Notes: a model not told the origin generated them from the letters alone. 41,753 nucleotides of DNA from an uncultured Deferribacteres bacterium (GCA_964543425.1 CAZIYL010000002.1:1-41753), one strand, 5' to 3'. Numbered from the stretch's first letter, positions 9,473 to 19,307 are shown. Made by a program: numbers and translations.

Positions 9473-10285
9473 GTGTATTTTTTCAACGGGAAACGCACTG
9501 CACTCGCTGCCTTTTCTTTGATTTTACTGGCCGGATTCTTCTTGGGCTGCTCCCCTGTTCTGACCGGAGGAAAGCTGAACCTCTACCGCTCACATCCCCA
9601 AACGCTGCTCTTCGAGGTTCAAAGAAATTCCGTTCAATTAAAATCTCTGAAAGGAATTGCCAATTTGAGTGTTGAATCGCACAAGGGGTCTTACACAGGG
9701 CAAGCCAAAATTGCTTTCAAGGAACCCGATTCGCTAAAAATTCAAATCAACGCTGCTTTTGGCATTCATGCTGCCACACTCCTGGCTTTTCACAACGACT
9801 TGCAGGTGTACTTGCCCCGGGATCAAATTCTTTACCACTCTAAAATAAAATCCAAATTACTGAGTCAGTACATTGGAATGCCCATTGATTTTGAAGGATT
9901 AAAGGAGCTGGTAACCGGGCTTCCTGACCCGTTCCGTGTACTTGGCAAAAAGGCACAATTGGATTCTGTGACTAAGAAATTCTTCTGGTACAGCATTGAT
10001 CAGAAAAACATGCGGATTCGGATGAAAATCAACCCCATTAAAAAAGCAGCCGTGGAATACGCTTTGTGGAATAAAATCAGTGGCAAAAAATACCTTTACA
10101 AATTCAGCCACTTCACCCGGCGCAAGGGGATCTATTTGCCACGCTCCATCCAGGTGATTCGGTTCCCTGAGAAAGAGCGAATCGCACTTTTTTATGAACA
10201 ATTTCAAATTAATAACCCCTTGAAAAATAACGTATTCAAATTATCTGTTCCTCAAAATGTTTTAGTTATTCGGATGAGAAAATGA
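9473..10285 (+). CDS. Lipoprotein, LolB/DUF4292-like (about 270 aa)
   Basis: GTG at 9473 is in frame and lies 1 nt after the TPR stop. No ATG exists before the signal peptide and lipobox (LAGFFLGCS). The body is beta-rich. The family assignment is from memory of DUF4292 proteins found next to TPR lipoproteins. Confidence 0.6.
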   Translation: MYFFNGKRTALAAFSLILLAGFFLGCSPVLTGGKLNLYRSHPQTLLFEVQRNSVQLKSLKGIANLSVESHKGSYTGQAKIAFKEPDSLKIQINAAFGIHAATLLAFHNDLQVYLPRDQILYHSKIKSKLLSQYIGMPIDFEGLKELVTGLPDPFRVLGKKAQLDSVTKKFFWYSIDQKNMRIRMKINPIKKAAVEYALWNKISGKKYLYKFSHFTRRKGIYLPRSIQVIRFPEKERIALFYEQFQINNPLKNNVFKLSVPQNVLVIRMRK

Positions 10286-11262
10286 ACGAAGTCGCCCCAA
10301 GAAAATTAGACTTGTCGGTTGTGATACCCGTGTACAACGAAAGGGATTCTTTGCCCGAATTGCACCGACAGTTAACAGAAGTGCTGGAAAGCAAAGGGTA
10401 CGCGTACGAGCTCCTTTTTGTGGATGACGGTTCGCGCGACGGCTCCGCTGACGTTCTCGAGGAATTTGCTGAGCAGGACAACCGGGTGCGGGTAATTCAA
10501 TTTCAGAAGAATTACGGCAAATCGGCAGCCCTTTCTGTCGGATTCCAGGCCGCCGAAGGTGAAATTGTAGCCACGCTGGATGCCGATTTGCAGGACGATC
10601 CCGGCGAAATTCCAGACCTGATCCAAACATTAAATAAGGGTTACGATCTGGTTTCCGGTTGGAAGAAAAAACGCCACGACCCGATCGGCAAGCGCTGGCC
10701 CTCTAAAATTTTCAACTGGGTGACGTCCCGAATTTCCGGCGTGCGCATTCACGACATTAACTGTGGCCTCAAAGTGTACCGCAATTTTGTGGTCAAATCG
10801 CTTCACCCTTACGGTGAATTACACCGGTTTCTGCCGGTACTGGCCCACCTGGATGGCTTTAGCGTAGGCGAGAAAGAGGTAGTGCACCATCCCCGAAAAT
10901 ACGGCAAAAGTAAATTTGGCGCCTCACGTTTCACATCCGGGTTTTTCGATTTGCTCACCGTGATGTTTTTGTCCCGTTATCTGAAAAAGCCGCTTCACCT
11001 GTTTGGTATTCTCGGCATTTTATCGTTCATCGGCGGATTCATCATTGGGGCCTACCTCACGGTTTTGCGTCTCACCGGCCACTGGATCGGCAATCGCCCG
11101 CTTTTATTTCTCGGAATTTTGCTGATGATTATGGGAATTCAGTTTATTTCCATTGGGCTTCTCGGTGAAATGATCACGGCCTCACAGGCGCGCAAGGAGG
11201 CCTACGTGATTCGTCGAACCCTGAATCTGAACCAGGCATTTCTGCCCCCAAAAATGCCATGA
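10282..11262 (+). CDS. GT2 polyprenyl-phosphate glycosyltransferase (GtrB/CsbB/ArnC/DPM1 architecture)
   Basis: VVIPVYNE, the TLDADLQDDP (DxD) motif and two C-terminal TM helices (LHLFGILGILSFIGGFIIGAYL and LLFLGILLMIMGIQFISIGLL). ATGA overlap with the upstream gene. Confidence 0.88.
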   Translation: MNEVAPRKLDLSVVIPVYNERDSLPELHRQLTEVLESKGYAYELLFVDDGSRDGSADVLEEFAEQDNRVRVIQFQKNYGKSAALSVGFQAAEGEIVATLDADLQDDPGEIPDLIQTLNKGYDLVSGWKKKRHDPIGKRWPSKIFNWVTSRISGVRIHDINCGLKVYRNFVVKSLHPYGELHRFLPVLAHLDGFSVGEKEVVHHPRKYGKSKFGASRFTSGFFDLLTVMFLSRYLKKPLHLFGILGILSFIGGFIIGAYLTVLRLTGHWIGNRPLLFLGILLMIMGIQFISIGLLGEMITASQARKEAYVIRRTLNLNQAFLPPKMP

Positions 11263-12413
11263 AAATTGTATTAGTGGGCCCTGCGTTTCCTTACCGCGGC
11301 GGTATCGCCAATTTTGTGGCGGCCACGGCCCGTCACCTGCAAGGCCGCGGGCACGCCGTGACGCTGGTTAATTTTGCGCGCCAGTACCCCGATTTTCTGT
11401 TTCCCGGGAAAACGCAATACGAAACCAGTCAACAAATGCTTCCTTCATTTCGGGTAATCGATTCCCTCTCGCCCCTGAGCTGGGTAAAAGCAGCCCGATT
11501 GGTCCAAAGCCTTGCGCCCGATCTTGTGGTCTACAATCACTGGATGCCTTTTTTTGCTCCGGCTTACGGCACAATGGCTGCCATTTTGCGTATGCAGCGT
11601 TCGCCCCGGCAAATTTGCATCTGTCACAATGTGATTCCCCACGAAAAGCGGCCGGGCGACCGCCTCCTGAACCAATTTTTTCTGCACCAAATGGACAGCC
11701 ACATTGTGCTTTCCCAAGCTGTGGAGAAAGAATTACGGAGACTTCAGCCAAACGCGCACATTCGGCGCATTCTTTACCCAATTGCCGAAACCTTTACCGG
11801 AGCGGTTTCCCCGGAAGAGGCCTGGCGCAAACTCGGCATTCCCCAAGGGAAAACAGTGCTCCTTTTCTTCGGTTACGTCAGGCGCTACAAGGGCCTGGAT
11901 ATTTTGCTCCAGGCATTTTCTCTCGTTGTTAAAAGAAATCCGGAGATTTTTCTGCTTGTGGTGGGGGAGTTCTACGAGCCGCGCACCCAATTTGACGAAA
12001 TAATTCAGCGCGAGGATCTGATGGAATCGGTCAAAATTTTGGATCGCTTTGTGCCGAACACCGAGGTGGGGCTTTATTTTTCGGCGGCGGATGTTGTGGT
12101 CATGCCCTACCGATCGGCTACGCAGAGCGGCATCATTCCCATTGCGTACCAGTTTGAAAAGCCGGTCATCACCACGCGCGTCGGGGGGCTGGCTGATTTT
12201 GTGGAAGAGGAAAAAACCGGATTCCTGGCGGAACCCGAAAATCCCGGAGCCCTGGCCGCTTCGATTGAAACCTTTCTGAGAAAAAGGAAGTCCATTCCCT
12301 TTGGCGAAAATATTCGTCGCTTCAGGGTGAAATTTTCCTGGGAAAATCTGGCCCAGGCGATTGAAACATTTTCTGCCACAAAAGCACGAAGACTCCAAGA
12401 GGAGAACCAATAA
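11259..12413 (+). CDS. GT-B glycosyltransferase (GT4 / group 1)
   Basis: ATGA overlap with the GT2 gene. C-terminal GT-B nucleotide-sugar region (PYRSATQSGIIPIAYQFEKPVITTRVGGLADFVEEEKTGFL). Confidence 0.85.
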   Translation: MKIVLVGPAFPYRGGIANFVAATARHLQGRGHAVTLVNFARQYPDFLFPGKTQYETSQQMLPSFRVIDSLSPLSWVKAARLVQSLAPDLVVYNHWMPFFAPAYGTMAAILRMQRSPRQICICHNVIPHEKRPGDRLLNQFFLHQMDSHIVLSQAVEKELRRLQPNAHIRRILYPIAETFTGAVSPEEAWRKLGIPQGKTVLLFFGYVRRYKGLDILLQAFSLVVKRNPEIFLLVVGEFYEPRTQFDEIIQREDLMESVKILDRFVPNTEVGLYFSAADVVVMPYRSATQSGIIPIAYQFEKPVITTRVGGLADFVEEEKTGFLAEPENPGALAASIETFLRKRKSIPFGENIRRFRVKFSWENLAQAIETFSATKARRLQEENQ

Positions 12414-12555
12414 AATTAGAGCATATTTCAGAGTTACGTAATAATAGAGTTACTATTGAAAATTAAACTTTTTTTATTTATTTGAAATGGAATTGGCAAT
12501 CGTTCCGGATCCAAGTTGAACGGTCAAATAACTGTTTTTAAACCCACCCGCTTAA

Positions 12556-12585
12556 TCCCTTTCCCTACGGTCGTAGGGAGGGGGA
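12556..12585. other. Strong GC-rich hairpin in a 368-nt intergenic gap
   Basis: tccctttccctac / ggtc loop / gtagggaggggga: 13 bp including G-U pairs. No U-tract follows on either strand. Confidence 0.6.
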
Positions 12586-12781
12586 TAGACGCTCTCAATG
12601 TTCGTTTTAAAATCAATCAGGGGATGGGTCTTGAAAACGAAGAATAAAAAGAACTCTTTATGAAAAAGGCAGGCATTAGTCAGATGGATATCGTTTTCCT
12701 GTTTTTTTATTTTCCTTTAAAATCTTTATTTGTATTGAATCACATGACTTTGGAATATGCTCCAAAATTCCGGAATAAAAA

Positions 12782-14110
12782 ATGAAGCCTTTGATTATTG
12801 CTTACTACTTCCCGCCAGCAGGCGGCTCGGGCGTGCAGCGAACACTCAAATTCGTGAAATATTTGCCGGAGTTTGGCGGCCAACCGGTGGTTCTCACCGC
12901 TCGCAACGCCGATTACCCGGCCTACGATCCCACGCTCTGGGACGAAGTCCCCCGGCAGGTTCGCGTTTACCGCTCCAAAATTATTGAGCCCTATTCGATT
13001 TACCGGAAGCTCACAGGCAAAAAAATAGGAGAGGCGCTGGACGTTTCGCTTCTCACCCTGGGCGAAAAAAAGCAGCGACTGAGCGAACGGATTTCCGAGT
13101 GGGTGCGGGACGCCTTTTTCGTCCCCGACGCCCGGATTGGCTGGCTGCCCTTTGCGGCTGCGATGGGACAAAAAATCATTCGCAGAGAAGGAATTGATCT
13201 GATTTACACCACCGCGCCACCGTACACCACGCTTCTGATCGGTTTATTTCTGAAGCACGCTACCGGCTTGCCCTGGGTGGTGGATTTCCGCGATTCCTGG
13301 ATTGGCTGGCTGACGGCTCCTCAGTGGCGACCGTGGGTTTCCCGGAAACTGGAATTCCAGATGGAGCGCGCCGTTTTGCGCAATGCCGACCGGATTCTGG
13401 TGGTCTCCAGCGGCGTGAAGGCCGATCTTTTGAGCCGGCACCCCGAATTGGACAACGACCGCTGGGTGTGGCTTCCCAATGGCTACGATGCTGAGGATTT
13501 CAAAAATGTCCGGCTCCCCTCGCGGGACGAACGTTTGACCATTATCTACACCGGTTCGCTCTACGGCCCGCGGAATCCGCATTTTCTGCTTTTGGCACTC
13601 AAAGAACTTCTGCGCGAAAAACCGGAGCTGCGCCTGAAATTTAAATTCAAATTCGTGGGACGCATTGCGGAACCCATTTTGAAGGAGCTTCAGCAACCCG
13701 ATTTTAGGGGCCTGTTTGAAATTTTGCCTTACCTGAAACATCGCGAAAGCGTGGGCCACCTGCTGGCCAGCGACGTGAGTTTGCTCATCATTGACGACGC
13801 CCCGGTGAACAGGGGGATTTTGACCGGTAAGCTGTTCGAGTACATTGGAGCCCGAAAGCCCATCCTTGCACTGGCACCCGAAGGCGATGCCGCAGAGCTC
13901 ATCCGAAAATTTAATCTTGGCTTCGTGGTTCACCCCAAGGACCTGCCAGGCATTAAGGAAACCCTGCTCCACCTGGTGGACGGCTGGCAAAACGAGCGTC
14001 TGAAATTCGAGGCCAGCGAAGAGGACGTGACCAAATTCGACCGGCGAAATCTGACGCGGGAATTGAACCGTATCTTTAACCAAACAGTTTCAAAAAGGAG
14101 AACCAATTGA
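12782..14110 (+). CDS. GT-B glycosyltransferase (GT4-like, 442 aa)
   Basis: N-terminus MKPLIIAYYFPPAGGSGVQR and a C-terminal TGKLFEYIGARKPILA region, typical of group-1 glycosyltransferases. Confidence 0.82.
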   Translation: MKPLIIAYYFPPAGGSGVQRTLKFVKYLPEFGGQPVVLTARNADYPAYDPTLWDEVPRQVRVYRSKIIEPYSIYRKLTGKKIGEALDVSLLTLGEKKQRLSERISEWVRDAFFVPDARIGWLPFAAAMGQKIIRREGIDLIYTTAPPYTTLLIGLFLKHATGLPWVVDFRDSWIGWLTAPQWRPWVSRKLEFQMERAVLRNADRILVVSSGVKADLLSRHPELDNDRWVWLPNGYDAEDFKNVRLPSRDERLTIIYTGSLYGPRNPHFLLLALKELLREKPELRLKFKFKFVGRIAEPILKELQQPDFRGLFEILPYLKHRESVGHLLASDVSLLIIDDAPVNRGILTGKLFEYIGARKPILALAPEGDAAELIRKFNLGFVVHPKDLPGIKETLLHLVDGWQNERLKFEASEEDVTKFDRRNLTRELNRIFNQTVSKRRTN

Positions 14111-15279
14111 AAATTTTTCTGGTAGCGGGGGCACGGCCCAATTTCATGAAAATCGCACCCATTTTTGCCGAAATGAAAAAACATCCGGATTTTTTTGAGC
14201 CGATTATCGTTCACACCGGCCAGCACTACGACGAAAAAATGTCGAAGATTTTCTTTGAAGAACTTAAAATGCCCAAGCCGCACATTTACCTGGGCGTCGG
14301 CTCGGGCACGCACGCACACCAGACGGCGCAAATCATGGAGAAATTCGAGGCGGTGCTCCTGAAGCACCAACCGGATGCCGTCATGGTGGTGGGAGACGTA
14401 AACTCGACCATTGCCTGCTCGCTGGTGGCGGCCAAAATCCGCTACCCCGAAAGCCGACGACGCCCGCAAATTATTCACGTGGAAGCCGGTCTGCGCAGCT
14501 TCGATTGGAACATGCCCGAGGAAGTCAACCGCGTGCTTACCGACCACCTTTCCGATCTGCTGTTCACCACCTGCAAAGACGGGGACGAAAATCTGGCGCA
14601 CGAGGGGATTCCGTCCGAAAAGGTGGTTTTAGTGGGAAATGTTATGATTGACTCGCTGGTGCAATTTCTCCCACTGGCCCGAAAAAGCACGATTCTCGAC
14701 GATTTAAATCGCCACTTTGCGGAGAAATTGGCTTCTCCCCTGCGCGAAGGTGAATTTGCCCTGGCAACCTTGCACCGACCTTCCAACGTGGACGCGCCGG
14801 AATCCCTGGGAATGATTTTGGAAGCCTTCGTGGAAATCAGCCAGGAGGTGCCCATTGTTTTCCCCATGCACCCGCGCACGCAAAAGCTCATGGGAAAACT
14901 TCCGGAGGCCGTTCAGCGCCACGTGGCCGCAAGCGCTATCTTGATTACTGACCCTCTGGGCTACCTGGATTTTCTCTTTCTCGAACAGGCGGCCAAACTG
15001 GTTCTGACGGATTCCGGCGGCGTACAGGAAGAAACCTCGTTCCTGAATATCCCGTGCCTCACGCTACGGCCGAACACCGAGCGTCCCGTGACCATTGCCA
15101 AGGGGACGAACCGACTTGTCCCGCTCAACCGCGAGACTATCCTACAAACCGCGCGGGAAGCCCTGGCAGGGAAAAACCGGGCGGCCAGACCCATTTTTTA
15201 CTGGGACGGGTACGCCGCCGAGCGGCTGGTAACATATTTAATGGAAAATCGATTTAACGGCGTTAACCCCCAAAGATAA
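14107..15279 (+). CDS. wecB: UDP-N-acetylglucosamine 2-epimerase (non-hydrolysing)
   Basis: GARPNFMKIAPI, HTGQHYD, GVGSGTHAHQTAQIM, MHPRT and TDSGGVQEE motifs. TTG start overlaps the upstream stop (TTGA). Confidence 0.92.
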   Translation: MKIFLVAGARPNFMKIAPIFAEMKKHPDFFEPIIVHTGQHYDEKMSKIFFEELKMPKPHIYLGVGSGTHAHQTAQIMEKFEAVLLKHQPDAVMVVGDVNSTIACSLVAAKIRYPESRRRPQIIHVEAGLRSFDWNMPEEVNRVLTDHLSDLLFTTCKDGDENLAHEGIPSEKVVLVGNVMIDSLVQFLPLARKSTILDDLNRHFAEKLASPLREGEFALATLHRPSNVDAPESLGMILEAFVEISQEVPIVFPMHPRTQKLMGKLPEAVQRHVAASAILITDPLGYLDFLFLEQAAKLVLTDSGGVQEETSFLNIPCLTLRPNTERPVTIAKGTNRLVPLNRETILQTAREALAGKNRAARPIFYWDGYAAERLVTYLMENRFNGVNPQR

Positions 15280-15619
15280 GCAGGCCCGGGAAATAATCAT
15301 TTTATGTGATGACCCGTGAGGGCAATGTCCTGTTCACCAACGGTTAGCGCGTGGTGAACACCGATGGACTCCACGGCGCCAGGGAGAAGTCCGGTCAGAT
15401 TCGGCTCTCCGGCGGGCGGCACCGAATTGGGATGATCTCCTTTCAGCCCGACGGAGGCATGTGGCTGGAGGCCTTCCACTCCGGGCCAAATTTGACACGG
15501 CAAAAGATTTCCCCTTCCGTACTATTTGTAGAATAGAGAAAACAGGGCAAGCAGCTTGATTTTTCGTTTGCGAAGAACGGGTGCGAGAGCTATATTAAAT
15601 GATTGGATTTTGCGCCAAG

Positions 15620-15675
15620 AACCTTGCGAATGTTACAAACCTTCGCAAGGTTTGTGAATATTTTGATTTAAATCT
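15620..15675 (+). promoter_or_regulatory. Alternative-hairpin (attenuator-like) element upstream of the next glycosyltransferase gene
   Basis: aaccttgcgaa (15620-15630) is perfectly complementary to ttcgcaaggtt (15642-15652). A second hairpin, acaaacctt (15635-15643) pairing with aaggtttgt (15647-15655), uses the same right arm and is followed by gaatattttgattt. Confidence 0.4.
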
Positions 15676-15690
15676 TTTGGAAAAAACGAC

Positions 15691-16890
15691 GTGAAAAAAA
15701 TCGCAATGCTTCTTGAAGCGGAATTCCCGCCGGATGTTCGGGTGGAAAACGAAGCCCTTAGCCTGGCCCGAGGCGGCTTCGAGCTGCACATTTTTGCTCT
15801 GACGTTTGAAAATCGCCCCGTGTTGGAGGAGTGGCAGCCCGGGGTTTGGATTCACCGGAGACGCATTTCGCAGCAGGTGTACAAGAAAATTCACATTACC
15901 GTTCTCAAATGGCCTTTTTACCGGCGTTTGTGGGAGCGGTTTGTTCGTTCGTCAGAAGTGGTTTTTGATGCTGTTCACGTCCACGATTTGCCCCTCGCCC
16001 GCGTGGGCGTGCGGCTGGCCGGGAAACAGCAGTGTCCGCTGATTTTGGATTTTCACGAAAATTACCCCGCCGCGCTGGGAATCTGGGAGCACAGCCAAAC
16101 CAGACTCGGAAAGCTTTTTTTGGATGTCCCAAGTTGGCGTGCCTACGAATTGGACGCGGTCCGGAAGGCCGATCGCGTCATTGTTGTGGTTGAAGAAGCA
16201 CTGGAACGATTTCGGGCGGCGGGTCTCCCCGATGAAAAATTTGTGGTGGTTTCCAACGTGCTCAATCTGAAAACCTTCCCGGCAAAGCCTGACGAAACGC
16301 CCCGGAAATCTTCGGACGAGGTGCTAATTTCCTACGTCGGAGGCTTCGGCGTTCACCGGGGGCTTGAAACCGCCATTCAGGCCATGCCAGCAATCTTGAA
16401 GAACATTACAACAGCGCAATTGGTTTTAGTGGGAACGGGTCGTAATTTTACCGAGCTCAAAGAGTTAGCTCGAAATATGGACGTTGAAGAACACGTTGAC
16501 TTTCCCGGATGGGTACCTTTTGAAGAAAGTGCCCGCGCCATTCAGAAGGCCGACCTGTGCATTATTCCGCACCTGTCCACCGAACACACCGACACCACCG
16601 TCCCTCACAAGCTCTTTCAGTACATGTACCTGAAAAAGCCCGTGCTGGTCAGTTCTTCTCCGCCGCTCAAACGCATTGTGGAAGCTACCCAATCCGGCCT
16701 GGTTTTTAAGGCGGGTAACTCCGAAGATTTTGCAGAAAAAGCGCTTCAAATGATTCGAAGTGACCGTCTGAAAAAATGGGGAGAAAACGGGCACCAGGCT
16801 GTGGTTCAGACGTACAATTGGGAAAAGGAAAGTGGAAAATTAATCAGAATTTACCGGCAGCTTCTAACTCCTTTGCAAAAAACAGGTTAG
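15691..16890 (+). CDS. GT-B glycosyltransferase (GT4 / group 1)
   Basis: GTG start. The ORF is the typical length of a group-1 enzyme. C-terminal region PHLSTEHTDTTVPHKLFQYMYLKKPVLVSS. Confidence 0.83.
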   Translation: MKKIAMLLEAEFPPDVRVENEALSLARGGFELHIFALTFENRPVLEEWQPGVWIHRRRISQQVYKKIHITVLKWPFYRRLWERFVRSSEVVFDAVHVHDLPLARVGVRLAGKQQCPLILDFHENYPAALGIWEHSQTRLGKLFLDVPSWRAYELDAVRKADRVIVVVEEALERFRAAGLPDEKFVVVSNVLNLKTFPAKPDETPRKSSDEVLISYVGGFGVHRGLETAIQAMPAILKNITTAQLVLVGTGRNFTELKELARNMDVEEHVDFPGWVPFEESARAIQKADLCIIPHLSTEHTDTTVPHKLFQYMYLKKPVLVSSSPPLKRIVEATQSGLVFKAGNSEDFAEKALQMIRSDRLKKWGENGHQAVVQTYNWEKESGKLIRIYRQLLTPLQKTG

Positions 16891-16913
16891 TTGTTTCTGT
16901 TCGAAAGGGATTT

Positions 16914-18125
16914 ATGGAGATGGTCATGGAGGCTAATGTCTTGAAAGAAACACAACAATCCATTGAGAGGTTAGATAAATGGTTAACAAAAAACGGATGG
17001 AAAGGGTATGACCCCTATGATTTGCGGGGAACACCCGCTTTTTTGAAAATCAATCAAATCAAACTGCTAAAGATCCCTCAAAAGAGCCTTTTCCTCTTGG
17101 AATCGGCGGTGCCTGGTTTATTAAGAAAACTATTCGCCGTTGAGAAAAAAATCAATGCAAAGGCGATGGGATTATTTGCGGACAGTTATCTGGACCTCTA
17201 TAAAATTACGGGCAAACAATCATTTTGGAACAAGGCGCAAGAAACCATTCATTGGCTTTCCGAAAATTACAACAAAACCTACTCAGGAAAATCGTGGGGT
17301 TACCCGTTTAACTGGCAATCAAGGGTGTTTATTCCCACAGGAACACCATCCAGTGTGGTTACGGCCATAATCGGAAATGCCTTTTGGAATTTCTACAATT
17401 ATACTGGAGAAGAAAATTACCTGACCATTTGCACTGAAATTTGTGATTTTTTTGTGGAAAACCTGAATATTCATCGCTTTGAAAAAGATAAAATTTGTTT
17501 TAGCTACACGCCGTTGGATAATTTCCAAGTCCATAATGCAAACTTATTCGTGGCGGAATTTCTAATTCGAATCGGGCAGGAAATTGGAAATGATAAATGG
17601 ATTGAATTGGGCTTTAAGGCAATAAATTTTACACTTTCTGAACAAAATATAGATGGGTCAATTTGCTATTGGGGAAAACAACAGAGTACTACCTGTCATA
17701 GGGACCATTATCACAGCGGCTTTGAGATTCGGAATCTTTATTCATTATGGAAACTGACTGGTGAAGAAAAAATTTATCGCGCCGTAAGACGCTACTATGA
17801 GTTTTATTTACGCCATTTTTTTGAAGACAAAACCATTCCAAAATTAACGCCTGCCCAAACCTACCCGATTAATATTCATGCCTGTGCTGAATCACTATTG
17901 TGCAACGCGGCCTTAATTCGGGATTTTCCGGAAGGACAGGATTATTCAACGAATGCAGTTCTCTGGATTATAAAAAACATGCAGGACAAAACGGGATATT
18001 TTTATTATAAAATACAAAAATATGGGGGGATTAAGCGAAAGATAAAAATACCCTATATAAGATGGGGGCAGGCATGGATGTTAAACGGACTAACCCAATT
18101 GGCCGTGAGATATGCCGGAAAATAA
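16914..18125 (+). CDS. Soluble protein of unknown function (403 aa), possibly an alpha/alpha-toroid polysaccharide-modifying enzyme
   Basis: ATG 16914 follows AAAGGGA; the ORF-track start at 16776 overlaps the upstream gene. No TM segments. Trp/Tyr-rich helical repeats (WGYPFNWQSR, IRWGQAWMLNGL). The fold guess is weak. Confidence 0.55.
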   Translation: MEMVMEANVLKETQQSIERLDKWLTKNGWKGYDPYDLRGTPAFLKINQIKLLKIPQKSLFLLESAVPGLLRKLFAVEKKINAKAMGLFADSYLDLYKITGKQSFWNKAQETIHWLSENYNKTYSGKSWGYPFNWQSRVFIPTGTPSSVVTAIIGNAFWNFYNYTGEENYLTICTEICDFFVENLNIHRFEKDKICFSYTPLDNFQVHNANLFVAEFLIRIGQEIGNDKWIELGFKAINFTLSEQNIDGSICYWGKQQSTTCHRDHYHSGFEIRNLYSLWKLTGEEKIYRAVRRYYEFYLRHFFEDKTIPKLTPAQTYPINIHACAESLLCNAALIRDFPEGQDYSTNAVLWIIKNMQDKTGYFYYKIQKYGGIKRKIKIPYIRWGQAWMLNGLTQLAVRYAGK

Positions 18126-18155
18126 GATCACCCTGCTAAGGAGACCTTGAAAACG

Positions 18156-19307
18156 ATGAAAATAAGCATTCTAACCGACGACTTTTCAAAAAATAGTTTC
18201 CATCGCCCCTACGTTCTGGCAAAGGCTCTGATGAATCAATACGATGTTGAAATAGTCGGGCCTATTTTTGGAAACACTGTGTATGAACCCTGTCGTCAGC
18301 CCATTGTAAAATACAAGATTATTAGGGGACATTGGTTTCCATTCTTTTTCGCTTCAATAAGCGACATATTAGCCAGCATCGAGGGAGATGTGATATATGC
18401 CAGCAAGCTTATGTTGACCAGCTTTGGTGTGGGACTGGTAAAAAAGAAAATCTCAAAAAGACCACTTGTTCTTGATATTGATGATTGGTCCGCCGGGCTA
18501 TGGTTAGGCCAGTGGAATAAAACTATCTTTGAACGATTTCTGGAAACTTATTACAAGAATCCACTTAAATTGTTGAACCCAATGACCCATATTTATAAAG
18601 TCTGGATGGAACATTTCACAAGATCTGCCGATCAAATTACGGTGACGTCCGATTTTCTGCAGAAGCGTTTTGGAGGCATAAAACTACCCCATGCCCGAAA
18701 TCCCAAAGAATTTGACCCGCAGCGGTTTAATCCAAAAAAATTGCGACAACAATGGTCCATCGACGAGTTTAAAATTATTATGTTTATTGGCAATCCAGCG
18801 CCCTATAAAGGAATTGAAGAACTAATTGATGCAATAAAATTGGTTAACCGAAAAGACCTGAAACTAATGATGATCGGCATCAACACAACTGCGACTTACT
18901 CAAAACAAATTATAAAAAAGGGAAAAAATCATTTAATCATAAAACCGAATTTAATTTCTGTCTTTAATGTTCCCAAGGTATTGGCAATGGGTGATTTGGT
19001 TGTTATTCCTCAAAGGAACACTCCCAGCACTGTGGGACAGATACCCGCCAAATTAATCGATGCCATGGCAATGGCCAAACCGATTATTGCAACGCGTGTT
19101 TCAGACATACCACAAATACTCGACCACTGTGGGATTATTGTCGAACCCAATGACATTCAAGCACTGGCAGAAAAAATATCGCTGTTATTGGATCATCCAG
19201 AGGTTGCATCAGAATTGGGGAAAAAGGCGCGAAATAAATTTCTGCGAAATTATACATTAATTCATTTACAAGAAAAACTTATGAATATATTTAATGATTT
19301 TGTTTAG
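18156..19307 (+). CDS. GT-B glycosyltransferase (GT4 / group 1)
   Basis: AAGGAG at 18138-18143 with ATG 18156 at good spacing. C-terminal GQIPAKLIDAMAMAKPIIATRVSDIPQIL region. Confidence 0.8.
   Translation: MKISILTDDFSKNSFHRPYVLAKALMNQYDVEIVGPIFGNTVYEPCRQPIVKYKIIRGHWFPFFFASISDILASIEGDVIYASKLMLTSFGVGLVKKKISKRPLVLDIDDWSAGLWLGQWNKTIFERFLETYYKNPLKLLNPMTHIYKVWMEHFTRSADQITVTSDFLQKRFGGIKLPHARNPKEFDPQRFNPKKLRQQWSIDEFKIIMFIGNPAPYKGIEELIDAIKLVNRKDLKLMMIGINTTATYSKQIIKKGKNHLIIKPNLISVFNVPKVLAMGDLVVIPQRNTPSTVGQIPAKLIDAMAMAKPIIATRVSDIPQILDHCGIIVEPNDIQALAEKISLLLDHPEVASELGKKARNKFLRNYTLIHLQEKLMNIFNDFV

Noticed and set aside
12660-12785. 41-codon ORF (MKKAGISQMDIVFLFFYFPL...) ending in an ATGA overlap with the GT gene at 12782
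   Set aside because: The region is AT-rich and the Phe/Leu composition is as expected by chance. There is no RBS. The overlap alone is insufficient evidence.
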